From NCBI GenBank assembly GCA_913041065.1, contig CAJWII010000001.1, positions 9,456 to 73,455 of the forward strand: a stretch of 64,000 nt of DNA. The letters run 5' to 3'. Source of the stretch: an uncultured Flavobacteriales bacterium. GTDB taxonomy: Bacteria > Bacteroidota > Bacteroidia > Flavobacteriales_D > Sanyastnellaceae. Below the pieces are notes generated by a model, which ran no database searches, was not told the DNA's origin, and saw only the letters and a program-made list of their open reading frames with translations. Below, one piece after another: positions 42,308 through 51,172 of this stretch. Within the stretch, counting starts at the first letter, position 1; every line of letters begins with the position of its first letter. The translations under genes were made by a program, and so were the position numbers.

Positions 42308-43071
42308 TGGCCTACGCCAAGTGGATTGGTGGCGCCGTCGGGTGGGCTCTGGGCGGGCCCATCGGCGGCGTTATGGGTTATTGGCTGGGCAAAATGTTCT
42401 CAGACGACAGCTTGGCCATGGACGGCGGGATGCCGAGTGGCGCGGGTCATGCATCCACCGGAAGAACGCAAGCGCGGACCAGGGCCACCCAAGCGGGGGA
42501 CTTCGCCCTCAGCATGGTGGTTTTGAGCGCCGCAGTGATGCAGGCGGACAACCGCGTGCTGAAATCCGAATTGGACTACGTCAAGTCGTTCTTCAAGAGC
42601 AACTTCGGACAAGCGCAATCGGAGCAACTGACTTTGGCCCTTCGGGAAGCCCTGAAGAATCGGGTCGACGTTCGGGGGGTCTGCATGCAAATCCGGGCCA
42701 ACATGCCCCACGCAAAGCGTTTGCTCCTGTTGCAATACCTCTACGGCATTGCCCGTGCAGATGGAAATGTGGACCCGAGGGAATTGGACCTCATCCGCGG
42801 CATGGCGTCTGCCTTGGGGATCAGCGACAAGGACCGTGCGTCGATTGAGGCGCCCTTCCACAGCCACAAACCGGACCCCTACACCGTGTTGGAAGTCGAC
42901 CAGAGTGCGACCGACGCAGAGGTCAAGAAAGCGTACCGACGGCTCGCACTCAAGTTCCATCCGGACAAGGTGCGTGACATGGGCGAGGCGTACGCCAAGC
43001 AGGCAGAGGCGCGCTTTTTGGAGGTGCAAGACGCCTACGAGCACCTGAAAAAAGTGCGCGGGTTCAAGTGA
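42307..43071 (+). CDS. TerB-like plus C-terminal J-domain protein (DjlA-like co-chaperone)
   Basis: Gly-rich N-terminus, a TerB-like repeat (ARADGNVDPRELDLI), and the J domain DPYTVLEVDQSATDAEVKKAYRRLALKFHPDK. The start overlaps the htpG stop (TGATG). Confidence 0.8.
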   Translation: MAYAKWIGGAVGWALGGPIGGVMGYWLGKMFSDDSLAMDGGMPSGAGHASTGRTQARTRATQAGDFALSMVVLSAAVMQADNRVLKSELDYVKSFFKSNFGQAQSEQLTLALREALKNRVDVRGVCMQIRANMPHAKRLLLLQYLYGIARADGNVDPRELDLIRGMASALGISDKDRASIEAPFHSHKPDPYTVLEVDQSATDAEVKKAYRRLALKFHPDKVRDMGEAYAKQAEARFLEVQDAYEHLKKVRGFK

Positions 43072-43108
43072 GTCCGGAATGGGCCGCAAATCGTGGTAAC
43101 TTGTTGGC

Positions 43109-45742
43109 ATGATTCGAATGGAACGCTTTGCGGCTTGCCTTCTTGCCGCGGCCATGCTGGGTTTGGCACCCGCCGACGCTTTGGCCCAAAAAGGGAAGAA
43201 AAAAAAGGGAAAGAAAGGCAATGCGGCCCAAGTCGATGGCGCCAAGAAAGGCGGCAAAGACAAGCTGAAATCCGTAGGAGAATTCACCGAGGACTTCAAG
43301 GCGACCGAGGGGCTCTTCGACCTCTACCAAGACACGGTGAAGGGGAGCATGTACATGCATGTGCCCGCTTTGGCGCTTGACCAAGAGTTCATCTACTTCT
43401 CGCAGGTGGAGGACGGTGTGGTTTCCAGCGGGTTCTTCCGCGGCAGCTACCGGAGCAGCAAGGTGGTGACATTCCACCGGCACTTCGGACAACTCGAAGT
43501 GCATGCCGAGAACACCAACTTCCACGTCGACCCAAACAATGCCCTGAGCAAAGCGGCCCAAGCCAATCTGAACACGCCTATCCTGGCCAGCGTCAAGATT
43601 GAAGCAAAAGACAGCACCGGCTATGTGGTGTCCGCCGACGCCTTGTTCTTGCGCGAGGACTTGCAAATGATCAAGCCGCCTTCACGCCCTGGACGGAAAT
43701 CGGCGCTGGGCAAGTTGAGCAAGGCCAAAAGCAAGGTGGTCGACGTGGCGAACTACCCCATGAACACCGAACTTTCGGTGGACTACGTGTACGACAACGG
43801 CAGCCCCTCGGTGGGCGGGCCTGAATTTGAAGACGGCCGCTACGTCACCGTGGGTTACCGCCACGCGTTGTTGTCGATGCCAGAAGACGGATTCACCCCA
43901 CGCGCGGACGACCCACGCATCGGATTTTTCACGACCGAGGTGGAAGATTTGACGGGCGTGACCGCCACGCCGTGGATGGACATGATCCACCGCTGGAGGC
44001 TCGAGAAAAAAGACCCCGACGCGGCCATGTCAGAGCCGGTGAAGCCCATCACCTGGTGGATTGAAAACACCACGCCAAAAGAATTCCGCCCCATCATCAA
44101 GGCGGGCGTGGAGAAGTGGAACCAAGCATTTGAGCCCCTCGGGTTCAAGAACGCGGTGGTCGTCAAGGTGCAACCGGACGACGCAGACTGGGACGCCGGC
44201 GACGTACGCTACAATGTGCTGCGCTGGACCGCATCCCCGTCGCCCCCCTTCTCAGGCTATGGCCCCAGTTTCGTGAACCCACGCACCGGTGAAATCCTGG
44301 GTGCGGACATCATGCTGGAATACGGAGGCATGGTGGGCCGGCTTTGGCGCTTCGACGTATTCACAGAAGCAGGCATGTTGGAAGCCGGCATGGACGAGGA
44401 AGCCACGCAATTGGAGGCCGAGTTGGAGCAGCGCCCTGCGCGTGAGGTTCTTGCAGAACACATGAGCCGGTGCCACGCCGGCGCGGTCATGGGACGCAAC
44501 AGCCTGTTGGCCGCCGCGGCAATGCGGTCGTACAAGTTCAACGACGAAGAGCACGCCGAGTTTGTGCGTCAGACGCTGCACCGTTTGGTGTTGCACGAGG
44601 TGGGCCACACCCTGGGCATGAGCCACAACATGCACGCCAGCACTATGCTGAGCCCCGAGGAACTGAAGGACGCTGCGAAGGTGGCTGAACACGGCATGTG
44701 CAACTCCGTGATGGAGTACCCTGCCATCAACTTTGCCCGCAACCCAGAAGAACAAACCCGCTTCTACGACGACAGCCCCGGCCCCTACGACAAGTGGGTC
44801 ATCGAGTACGGCTACAGCGTGGGGCTGGAAGACGAAGCTGAAGAGGAATCCCGCCTTTCAGCCATCCTCTCCAAGTCGACAGACCCTTTGCTTCAATTTG
44901 GCAACGACGCAGACGACATGCGCAGCACCGGACGCGGGATCAACCCGGACGTCAACATTTACGACCTCAGCAGCGACCCAGTGGCCTACGCGGCCGAGCG
45001 ATGCGAACTGGTCAACGACCTGCTGCCTTCCATCGTTGAGAATTTCGCGCCCGGCGTGGACAGCCACCAAGAAGTGGTTCGTGGGTACTACGCCCTGACC
45101 GGGGAGTACGCCACCCAGCTGCGTGTGATGACGCGTCAAATTGGCGGCGTGCGCTACAACCGGGCCACCCCAGCACAACTGGACGGCGCCCCCCCCTACA
45201 CCCCGGTGTCCGAAGACGACCAACAAGCCGCCATGAAGGCCTTAAGCACATACGCCTTTGCGCCCAACGCCTTCGACGCCCAAGCCGACGTGCTGGCTTA
45301 TTTGCAAGCCCAGCGTCGCGGATTTGGGTTCTTTGGTGGGGGCGAGGATCCAAAAATCCATGCCCGGGTGGCTCGAGCCCAACGCGGGGCCTTGGCCCAC
45401 TTGGTCAACCCGACGGTACTCATGCGCATCCTCGACAGCGGCCTTTACGGCAACACTTACGACCTCGCGGAATACATGGACGATTTGACGGAGTCCATCT
45501 TCAAAGCGGACTTGCGCACGTCCGTGAACACCTACCGCCAAGGACTGCAGCTGATGTACGTCGAAGCGTTGATTGCCACACTTGGCGAGAAGAGCCGCTT
45601 GACTGGCGTGGCCCAAAGCGTGGTCTTGGCCCAGCTGCGTCGCATCGACCGGCAACAGCGGGACGCCTCGTCGCCCAACGGATTGACCCGTGCCCATCGC
45701 GCGCACGTACGGCACCTGATCGACGTGGCCTTGGACCGCTGA
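43109..45742 (+). CDS. secreted zinc metalloprotease (DUF5117/DUF5118-type)
   Basis: Signal peptide, a Lys-rich linker KGKKKKGKKG, and the zincin motif HEVGHTLGMSHN. 877 aa. Confidence 0.8.
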   Translation: MIRMERFAACLLAAAMLGLAPADALAQKGKKKKGKKGNAAQVDGAKKGGKDKLKSVGEFTEDFKATEGLFDLYQDTVKGSMYMHVPALALDQEFIYFSQVEDGVVSSGFFRGSYRSSKVVTFHRHFGQLEVHAENTNFHVDPNNALSKAAQANLNTPILASVKIEAKDSTGYVVSADALFLREDLQMIKPPSRPGRKSALGKLSKAKSKVVDVANYPMNTELSVDYVYDNGSPSVGGPEFEDGRYVTVGYRHALLSMPEDGFTPRADDPRIGFFTTEVEDLTGVTATPWMDMIHRWRLEKKDPDAAMSEPVKPITWWIENTTPKEFRPIIKAGVEKWNQAFEPLGFKNAVVVKVQPDDADWDAGDVRYNVLRWTASPSPPFSGYGPSFVNPRTGEILGADIMLEYGGMVGRLWRFDVFTEAGMLEAGMDEEATQLEAELEQRPAREVLAEHMSRCHAGAVMGRNSLLAAAAMRSYKFNDEEHAEFVRQTLHRLVLHEVGHTLGMSHNMHASTMLSPEELKDAAKVAEHGMCNSVMEYPAINFARNPEEQTRFYDDSPGPYDKWVIEYGYSVGLEDEAEEESRLSAILSKSTDPLLQFGNDADDMRSTGRGINPDVNIYDLSSDPVAYAAERCELVNDLLPSIVENFAPGVDSHQEVVRGYYALTGEYATQLRVMTRQIGGVRYNRATPAQLDGAPPYTPVSEDDQQAAMKALSTYAFAPNAFDAQADVLAYLQAQRRGFGFFGGGEDPKIHARVARAQRGALAHLVNPTVLMRILDSGLYGNTYDLAEYMDDLTESIFKADLRTSVNTYRQGLQLMYVEALIATLGEKSRLTGVAQSVVLAQLRRIDRQQRDASSPNGLTRAHRAHVRHLIDVALDR

Positions 45743-45761
45743 GATTGTGCATAACATGAAG

Positions 45762-45790
45762 AAGCAGGGCCTCGGCCCTGCTTTTTTTTG
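45762..45790 (+). terminator. rho-independent terminator
   Basis: agcagggc-ctcg-gccctgct forms a stem followed by a T run of 8, 20 nt after the metalloprotease stop. Confidence 0.8.
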
Positions 45791-45816
45791 CGCCCAACCG
45801 CGAGTAGCTTCGGCAC

Positions 45817-46281
45817 ATGGATCCGGAAGATAGGCGGTTCAAAGTCATGGGGGGCACATTGACTCACGACGTCTGTGAGTACATCGCCGCCATGACCCAA
45901 GAATCGGAAATCGAAGTCCACGTCGGCTGCGACTCCCAAAACCACAAACGCCACACGGTGTATGTCACCACAGTGGTGTTCCGCTTCCCCAACAACGGCG
46001 CCCACGTCATCTACAGAAGGGAGCGCATGCCCAAGATCTTGGACATGTGGACCAAGTTGTGGGGAGAGACGGAGCGCTCGGTCGCGCTGGCCAACCTCAT
46101 CCTTGAAGAGTGCGACTTGCGCGTCGCCCAGATTGACCTGGACTTCAACAGCGACAGCCAACACGCCAGCCACAAGTTGGTGAGCGCCAGCTCAGGCTAC
46201 ATCACGTCGCTGGGCTTTCAGTCCAAGGTGAAACCGGACCTGCTCATGGCGGCTTGGGCCGCCAACGTCCTGTGCCAGTGA
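45817..46281 (+). CDS. RNase H-like YkuK/DUF458 family protein
   Basis: 154 aa. VGCDSQNHKRHTVYVTTVVF..GAHVIY resembles the DUF458 core. By recall only. Confidence 0.6.
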   Translation: MDPEDRRFKVMGGTLTHDVCEYIAAMTQESEIEVHVGCDSQNHKRHTVYVTTVVFRFPNNGAHVIYRRERMPKILDMWTKLWGETERSVALANLILEECDLRVAQIDLDFNSDSQHASHKLVSASSGYITSLGFQSKVKPDLLMAAWAANVLCQ

Positions 46282-46746
46282 TCAGCTGAGGTCCTTGCCC
46301 CCGAATCGCTTCAGCAACAGGTCCGTGCGGTAATCGAAAATGCCCTGGACCCGGCCGTGCACAAGCCACCCAGTGAGCTTGTCTCCAAGCCATCCCCCAT
46401 TCAATTTGTAGTGCAAGATGTCGTCCATTTGGACGCCGCCTTCCACTTCCTTAAAGTGATGTTGGTGGTGCCACAGGGCGTACGGACCAAACCGCTGCTC
46501 GTCGACGAAATACGACCGGTCCTCGCAGTGCGTGATTTCGGTGACCCATGTCATGGGGATGTTCAGCAGTGGGCGGACGCGATACCGGATGATTTGGCCC
46601 GAGTACGTACGGCGCTCGTTCTCTGTCAAAATCTCGAACCCCATGTCTGGCGGGGTGATTTCATCCAAATTGTCAGGAACGCTGAAAAAGGCCCACGCTT
46701 CGTCGAGCGAAATGGGCAAAACCATGGAAGTGCGCAATTCGTGCAT
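46282..46746 (-). CDS. SRPBCC-family ligand-binding protein
   Basis: 154 aa. LPISLDEAWAFFSVPDNLDEITPP..FVDEQRFGPYALWHHQHHF is typical of this SRPBCC subgroup. Its stop codon abuts the ykuK-like stop (tgatca). Confidence 0.75.
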   Translation of the reverse strand: MHELRTSMVLPISLDEAWAFFSVPDNLDEITPPDMGFEILTENERRTYSGQIIRYRVRPLLNIPMTWVTEITHCEDRSYFVDEQRFGPYALWHHQHHFKEVEGGVQMDDILHYKLNGGWLGDKLTGWLVHGRVQGIFDYRTDLLLKRFGGKDLS

Positions 46747-46798
46747 GGCAGGGAAACACGCTGAAGGCTCCTGAGGTTCATGCCCTGCGAAACGGGCA

Positions 46799-46833
46799 TG
46801 AAAAAAGGGGGTCCACCGTTGCAGACACCCCTT
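46799..46833 (-). terminator. orphan intrinsic-terminator-like hairpin on the minus strand
   Basis: The minus strand reads aagggg-t-gtc (10-nt loop) gac-cccctt followed by tttttt. No minus-strand CDS lies upstream of it. Confidence 0.35.
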
Positions 46834-46982
46834 CTACGATTCACAACGAGGTCGGCTCTCGCCTTTGACCTCACTTGTAATTTACATAAAAAATCGGAGT
46901 CATGCAAGGCTGGGTTGGAGAAAAAGACCTCCTTGGTGCAGAACCTGAGACCTCCGCGACGACCCGACATGCCGAGTCGCAA

Positions 46983-46990
46983 TAATTTTG
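46983..46990 (+). promoter_or_regulatory. -7 promoter box TAATTTTG upstream of the LysM-SGNH-MBOAT operon
   Basis: Exact TAnnTTTG match, 6 nt before the ATG at 46997. Confidence 0.45.
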
Positions 46991-46996
46991 AACGAG

Positions 46997-47650
46997 ATGC
47001 CGACAGCCCCAACATCTCGAAGGATTGCCATGTGCCTGGCACTTCTGTTGGCCGCGCCTTCCTTCTCTGCGGCACAATCGCCATGTGTGGAGGTGCCTTT
47101 GGGATTCCGCCAAGACATTCGGTTGCCAGATGCGTGGGAGTCGGCATGGGAAACCACCTGGCCCAACGCGCGTGAGGCCATGGCCTTTTGGCGGAATGAC
47201 AATTTCATCGAAGTCCAACAACTTTGGCTGCGGGCGTCCCCTTGTGCCGACATGTGGCAGGCCGGCCAGGCCGGCCACAACCTCCCGCCGAGTGCACAAT
47301 GGCTTCCTGCGTTGGTGTTCGACACGCCTGAGTGCGGCGACGACGTGCCCTGCGGCTGCCCTCAATTGCCTGTCGACTTTTGGTCCACCCTCGGCGGCGC
47401 AGACTCACCTGAAGAAGCCATGACATTGGCGTTGGCCTTCGGTCCCTCCGACCTGTCGGCCGAGCGCATTCGCACGGGCGTGCGGCTGCTGGAGAATTTG
47501 GACTTGCCGGTGGTCCACGTCGTCCAGCACGGTGAGACCGTGTACAGCATCTCTAGACTCTACGGAGTAAACCCAACATGCCTGGGGCCCTGGAATGGCG
47601 TGTGGGACAACCTCCAAGCGGGCATGCGGCTCCGAATTCCCTCCCCATGA
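46997..47650 (+). CDS. secreted LysM-domain protein
   Basis: Signal peptide MPTAPTSRRIAMCLALLLAAPSFSAAQ. C-terminal LysM domain VHVVQHGETVYSISRLYGVNP..LQAGMRLRIP. Confidence 0.75.
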   Translation: MPTAPTSRRIAMCLALLLAAPSFSAAQSPCVEVPLGFRQDIRLPDAWESAWETTWPNAREAMAFWRNDNFIEVQQLWLRASPCADMWQAGQAGHNLPPSAQWLPALVFDTPECGDDVPCGCPQLPVDFWSTLGGADSPEEAMTLALAFGPSDLSAERIRTGVRLLENLDLPVVHVVQHGETVYSISRLYGVNPTCLGPWNGVWDNLQAGMRLRIPSP

Positions 47651-48987
47651 AATGGTGGGCATCTTGGGGCCTGATGTGGGGAAGCTTTTTGGCCGTGTGG
47701 GTGGCCTTGGACACCTGGATGCCTGCCCCACCTTGGCGCATGTTTTCGCAACCGGAGGGCCGAGTCGCGCCAATGCTCCCCAAGCCAGTCCAGATCCTTA
47801 AATTGCCTGAGAGTCCGAATGCGTCTTTCCCTTTGACAACTGGGGTTGACGTGGAGCGGTTGGACTCGGTGCCATTGTCCCCTTCTTGGAAAATTGCCGG
47901 TTCTGCGCGGGCGTGGTTTCAGTTGGGGACCTTTTTCCAGAAACTTGAGCAGACCCACCGAATGCAAGTCGACGTCTACCATTGGGGAGACAGTCAAATT
48001 GAAGGCGACCGCATCACGGGCGCGTTGCGTGAACACTTCCAGAAAGAACATGGAGGACAGGGCGCCGGCTGGGTGATCCCGTTGACGCCTGCCTCCACGT
48101 TTGCGGTCAGGCAATCCACCACAGGAGAGGTACACAGGGTGGCAGGGTTTGGACCGCGGCGCGACGCCGAAGCCAGAAGGCTGCCCTTTTTTGCGGTCAA
48201 CCGGTTCGACTCGGCCTCGACATGGACCCTCCGACGCAACCCCATGGCGCGCGCGCACTGCCAAACGTGGTCGAATATGGCGATTTGGCAGGCATACGAA
48301 GGCCAATGGGACGTTTCGCCTGCGACCGACGTCTCCCCTTCCGGACTGGCTCTGTGGCAAGAGTGGATAAGCGAAGAAGGCCTGGATGGAACGACATGGC
48401 GGACTGCTGGCGCCACGTTGTTGGGTGCCAACCTCACGTCAGGACCGGGCGTATACGTCCACAACTTGGCCATTCGAGGAGGTTCGGGCACGTTGTTTGA
48501 CGACGCTCCCGATGCCGACTGGAACCTCCTCCAAGAACACACCAACCCTGCCCTGGTGGTCCTTCAATTCGGAGGCAACGCCGTGCCCTCCATCTCAAAC
48601 GCGAAAGGTGCGAGACGCTACGCAATGAAAGTGGGCCAAAACATCCGGCACATCCAAGCCCAATGGCCAGGGGTGCCCATCCTGTTCATCGGCCCCTCCG
48701 ACATGGGGGAAGACCTGAGCACCTACCCGGGCCTCCAGCACACCGTGGCGGCATTGAGAGACACCGCTCTGGCCAACCACGCCCTGCATTGGGACCTGCA
48801 AACCGTCATGGGCGGCCCTGGGTCGATGAAGCGCTGGGTGGACCAACGATGGGCCGGAGACGACCACGTCCACTTCTCTATCCGAGGGGCTCAAGAAGCC
48901 GCCCAAAGGCTCATCCAAGCCCTTGCGCACGAGCGGGCCTTGTGGGCCAACCGAAGGGTCCAGCCGGCCAAACTGATGGCCCCATGA
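47647..48987 (+). CDS. SGNH/GDSL-fold hydrolase or acyltransferase, membrane anchored
   Basis: N-terminal TM helix. SGNH block I is HWGDSQIEG, block III is QFGGNA, and block V is GDDHVH (DxxH). ATGA overlap with the LysM gene. Confidence 0.75.
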   Translation: MKWWASWGLMWGSFLAVWVALDTWMPAPPWRMFSQPEGRVAPMLPKPVQILKLPESPNASFPLTTGVDVERLDSVPLSPSWKIAGSARAWFQLGTFFQKLEQTHRMQVDVYHWGDSQIEGDRITGALREHFQKEHGGQGAGWVIPLTPASTFAVRQSTTGEVHRVAGFGPRRDAEARRLPFFAVNRFDSASTWTLRRNPMARAHCQTWSNMAIWQAYEGQWDVSPATDVSPSGLALWQEWISEEGLDGTTWRTAGATLLGANLTSGPGVYVHNLAIRGGSGTLFDDAPDADWNLLQEHTNPALVVLQFGGNAVPSISNAKGARRYAMKVGQNIRHIQAQWPGVPILFIGPSDMGEDLSTYPGLQHTVAALRDTALANHALHWDLQTVMGGPGSMKRWVDQRWAGDDHVHFSIRGAQEAAQRLIQALAHERALWANRRVQPAKLMAP

Positions 48988-50612
48988 CCATGTCGTTCAC
49001 GTCTTGGGAATTTTGGCTGCTGTTCGCGTGTGCGTTCATGGCATCGACCTGGCTGAATGGGGCAAACTCGAAACTCTCCGAGGCATGTGCGGTCCGGCTT
49101 CGCAGCGCCCTGCTGCTGGCGTTCAGTGTTGGATTCTACCTCTTGGCCGCGGCCCCATGCGCCTTCATCTTGGCCAGCTCGGTACTGCTCAATCACGGCC
49201 TTGGCAAGCTGATTCAAAGACAGCGTGGGCCTGCGCGCGCTTGGACGACGGCATTGGGGGTGGCCTTCAACGTCTTGGGACTGGCGGCCTTCAAATACGC
49301 GTTCTTCATCGACGACACCTTCGACCTTGGGCTCCTGACCTCCGGAACATTCAGGTTGGATGCCTGGATGCTGCCCCTGGGCATTTCGTTTTTCACGTTC
49401 CAAGCCATCAGCTTTCTCGTGGACGTGCACCGACGCACGCTGGCCAAACCTCCGGATTTGCTGGCGTTTGCCACCTACCTCACGTTCTTCCCTCAGCTCG
49501 TGGCCGGCCCCATCGTACGGGCCACATCCTTCTTGCCGCAGCTGGCTTCCCCAACCTGGAATACCTCGCCTGCTGCCTTGAAGCCGTTTGTGATTCTGCT
49601 CGCGCAGGGTATGATGAAAAAGGTGCTGCTGGGGGACGTCGTGGGCACTTGGCTTGTGGACCCCGCATTCAACGACCCCGAGTCCACGCCCACTGCATGG
49701 ATCTGGATGGCCCTGTACGGCTACAGCCTGCAGGTGTACGCGGATTTCAGCGGATACACCGACATGGCCCAAGGCATGGCTGGTCTCTTGGGCATCCAAT
49801 TGCCTCGAAATTTCAACTTCCCCTACCGTGCAACGTCTCCGGCAGACTTTTGGCGCCGTTGGCACATGAGCCTCTCCCAATGGTGGCGGGACTACGTCTA
49901 CATCCCACTGGGAGGCAACCGGAGGTTGTCCATGGTCACGTGGGGATTTTTGTTGGGGATGGTGGCCTGGACGGGAATGGTTTGGGGGTCGTTTGGAGGA
50001 GGACTCGTGCTCTCGGGCGGCTTGCTTTTAGCGATCGCATGGGGACTCATGTCCACCACAGCTCACACCCGAATGGCCACCGCCGCGAACGTCCTGTTGG
50101 TCATGCTGCTCGGCGGCTTGTGGCACGGGGCCCACGTGAACTTCGTGACGTGGGGCGCCGTCAACGGTGCGGCTTTGGTGGCATGGATTGTGCTTTCACC
50201 TTCGACCCAAAATCCTTGGCGGCGTGCACTGGGGTGGCTGTTTACGTTTCACGTGGTGGTCTTCAGCCGAATTTGGTTCCGTGCGGGAAGCCTGGTGTTC
50301 TGGAATCAAGGCGACGAGACGATGCAGCCCGAGGGCGCGTGGGACACCGCCTTGGCGATATGGGCCAACTTGACCACACCTGCGATGTCCACGATGGACC
50401 ACACGGTGAACCCCACCACGTGGGCTGCGTTGGGACTCATGGCATCAGGATACCTCCTTCACCTCATGCCCCGTTCAGTCTGGGCATCCTGGGAGGCCTT
50501 CGTTCAAAAGTGGCCCTTGTGGGCGTGTTGGTGCCTTTGGATGGCGTGCGCCGTCCTCGCAGTTTGGGGCCAGCAAGGTGCAACTCGGCCCTTCATTTAT
50601 TGGCAATTCTGA
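48984..50612 (+). CDS. MBOAT-family membrane O-acyltransferase (AlgI/DltB/PatA-like)
   Basis: Polytopic membrane protein with FWRRWHMSLSQWWRDYVYIPLGGNR and GGLWHGA (MBOAT His). ATGA overlap with the SGNH gene. Confidence 0.9.
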   Translation: MTMSFTSWEFWLLFACAFMASTWLNGANSKLSEACAVRLRSALLLAFSVGFYLLAAAPCAFILASSVLLNHGLGKLIQRQRGPARAWTTALGVAFNVLGLAAFKYAFFIDDTFDLGLLTSGTFRLDAWMLPLGISFFTFQAISFLVDVHRRTLAKPPDLLAFATYLTFFPQLVAGPIVRATSFLPQLASPTWNTSPAALKPFVILLAQGMMKKVLLGDVVGTWLVDPAFNDPESTPTAWIWMALYGYSLQVYADFSGYTDMAQGMAGLLGIQLPRNFNFPYRATSPADFWRRWHMSLSQWWRDYVYIPLGGNRRLSMVTWGFLLGMVAWTGMVWGSFGGGLVLSGGLLLAIAWGLMSTTAHTRMATAANVLLVMLLGGLWHGAHVNFVTWGAVNGAALVAWIVLSPSTQNPWRRALGWLFTFHVVVFSRIWFRAGSLVFWNQGDETMQPEGAWDTALAIWANLTTPAMSTMDHTVNPTTWAALGLMASGYLLHLMPRSVWASWEAFVQKWPLWACWCLWMACAVLAVWGQQGATRPFIYWQF

Positions 50613-50620
50613 GGCCGTGC

Positions 50621-50761
50621 TCAGTGCGCAGGGTGGGCGGCAGGCTGCACCTGTTGGTACGCGCTGCAAGTCTCCGCCTGGGGAGCACAAGAAGCCAGTG
50701 TGGCCGCCAGGAGGGCAGCTCCAATGAGGCAACCAAAAGCCGATGCGAATCGAGATTTCAT
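50621..50761 (-). CDS. possible 46-aa lipoprotein
   Basis: MKSRFASAFGCLIGAALLAATLASC contains a lipobox. It is the tail of ORF 50621..51037 and has no homology support. Confidence 0.3.
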   Translation of the reverse strand: MKSRFASAFGCLIGAALLAATLASCAPQAETCSAYQQVQPAAHPAH

Positions 50762-50830
50762 ACATGCAAGTTGGAGGTGTGGGTGCGGAAAGTCAAGCCT
50801 TTTGGTGCAGCTTTCAAACAACGGGCCGTG

Positions 50831-50838
50831 TACTTTTG
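50831..50838 (+). promoter_or_regulatory. -7 promoter box TACTTTTG
   Basis: Exact TAnnTTTG match, 4 nt before the ATG at 50843. Confidence 0.4.
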
Positions 50839-50842
50839 ATGC

Positions 50843-51148
50843 ATGGAAAACAACCGCATCCTCCAAGGTGTTCTCGGCCTGTTGTTGGGCTACAACGTGG
50901 TGTTTTTCACGGCGCATATGCAAGGCCAGGCGCGTGCCCTGGCGGAGGCGCTCGCGGAGGTGCAGTCGATCTTGAACATTTTTGAACTCATTGCCGTGAT
51001 GGTCCTGTTTGTGGACCTGGTGCTCCGGTTTGACCACATCGCCTCACGGTGGCAGGTGCCTCGGGTGACCGCAGTGGGTTTGTGCCTGACGGGCATGCTG
51101 TTCAAGTGGTTCATCCTCTACCTCCATCTGAGCTACCTCGTGGACTGA
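50843..51148 (+). CDS. small hypothetical membrane protein (about 3 TM helices)
   Basis: 101-aa hydrophobic ORF with a consensus promoter box immediately upstream. Confidence 0.5.
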   Translation: MENNRILQGVLGLLLGYNVVFFTAHMQGQARALAEALAEVQSILNIFELIAVMVLFVDLVLRFDHIASRWQVPRVTAVGLCLTGMLFKWFILYLHLSYLVD

Positions 51149-51172
51149 CGTCCAACTGGAAAGGTGCTCCCG

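Noticed and set aside
46777-46802. Perfect 9-bp hairpin ttcatgccc-tgcgaaac-gggcatgaa, considered as a terminator
   Set aside because: On the plus strand it is followed by an A run, and on the minus strand it is preceded rather than followed by the T run. It is therefore not a canonical intrinsic terminator on either strand. It is kept only as part of the spacer observation.
49004-50839. 611-aa plus-strand ORF in an alternative frame of the MBOAT gene
   Set aside because: The Arg/Gly/Pro-rich out-of-frame translation has no motifs. The MBOAT frame carries the family's His motifs and TM helices.
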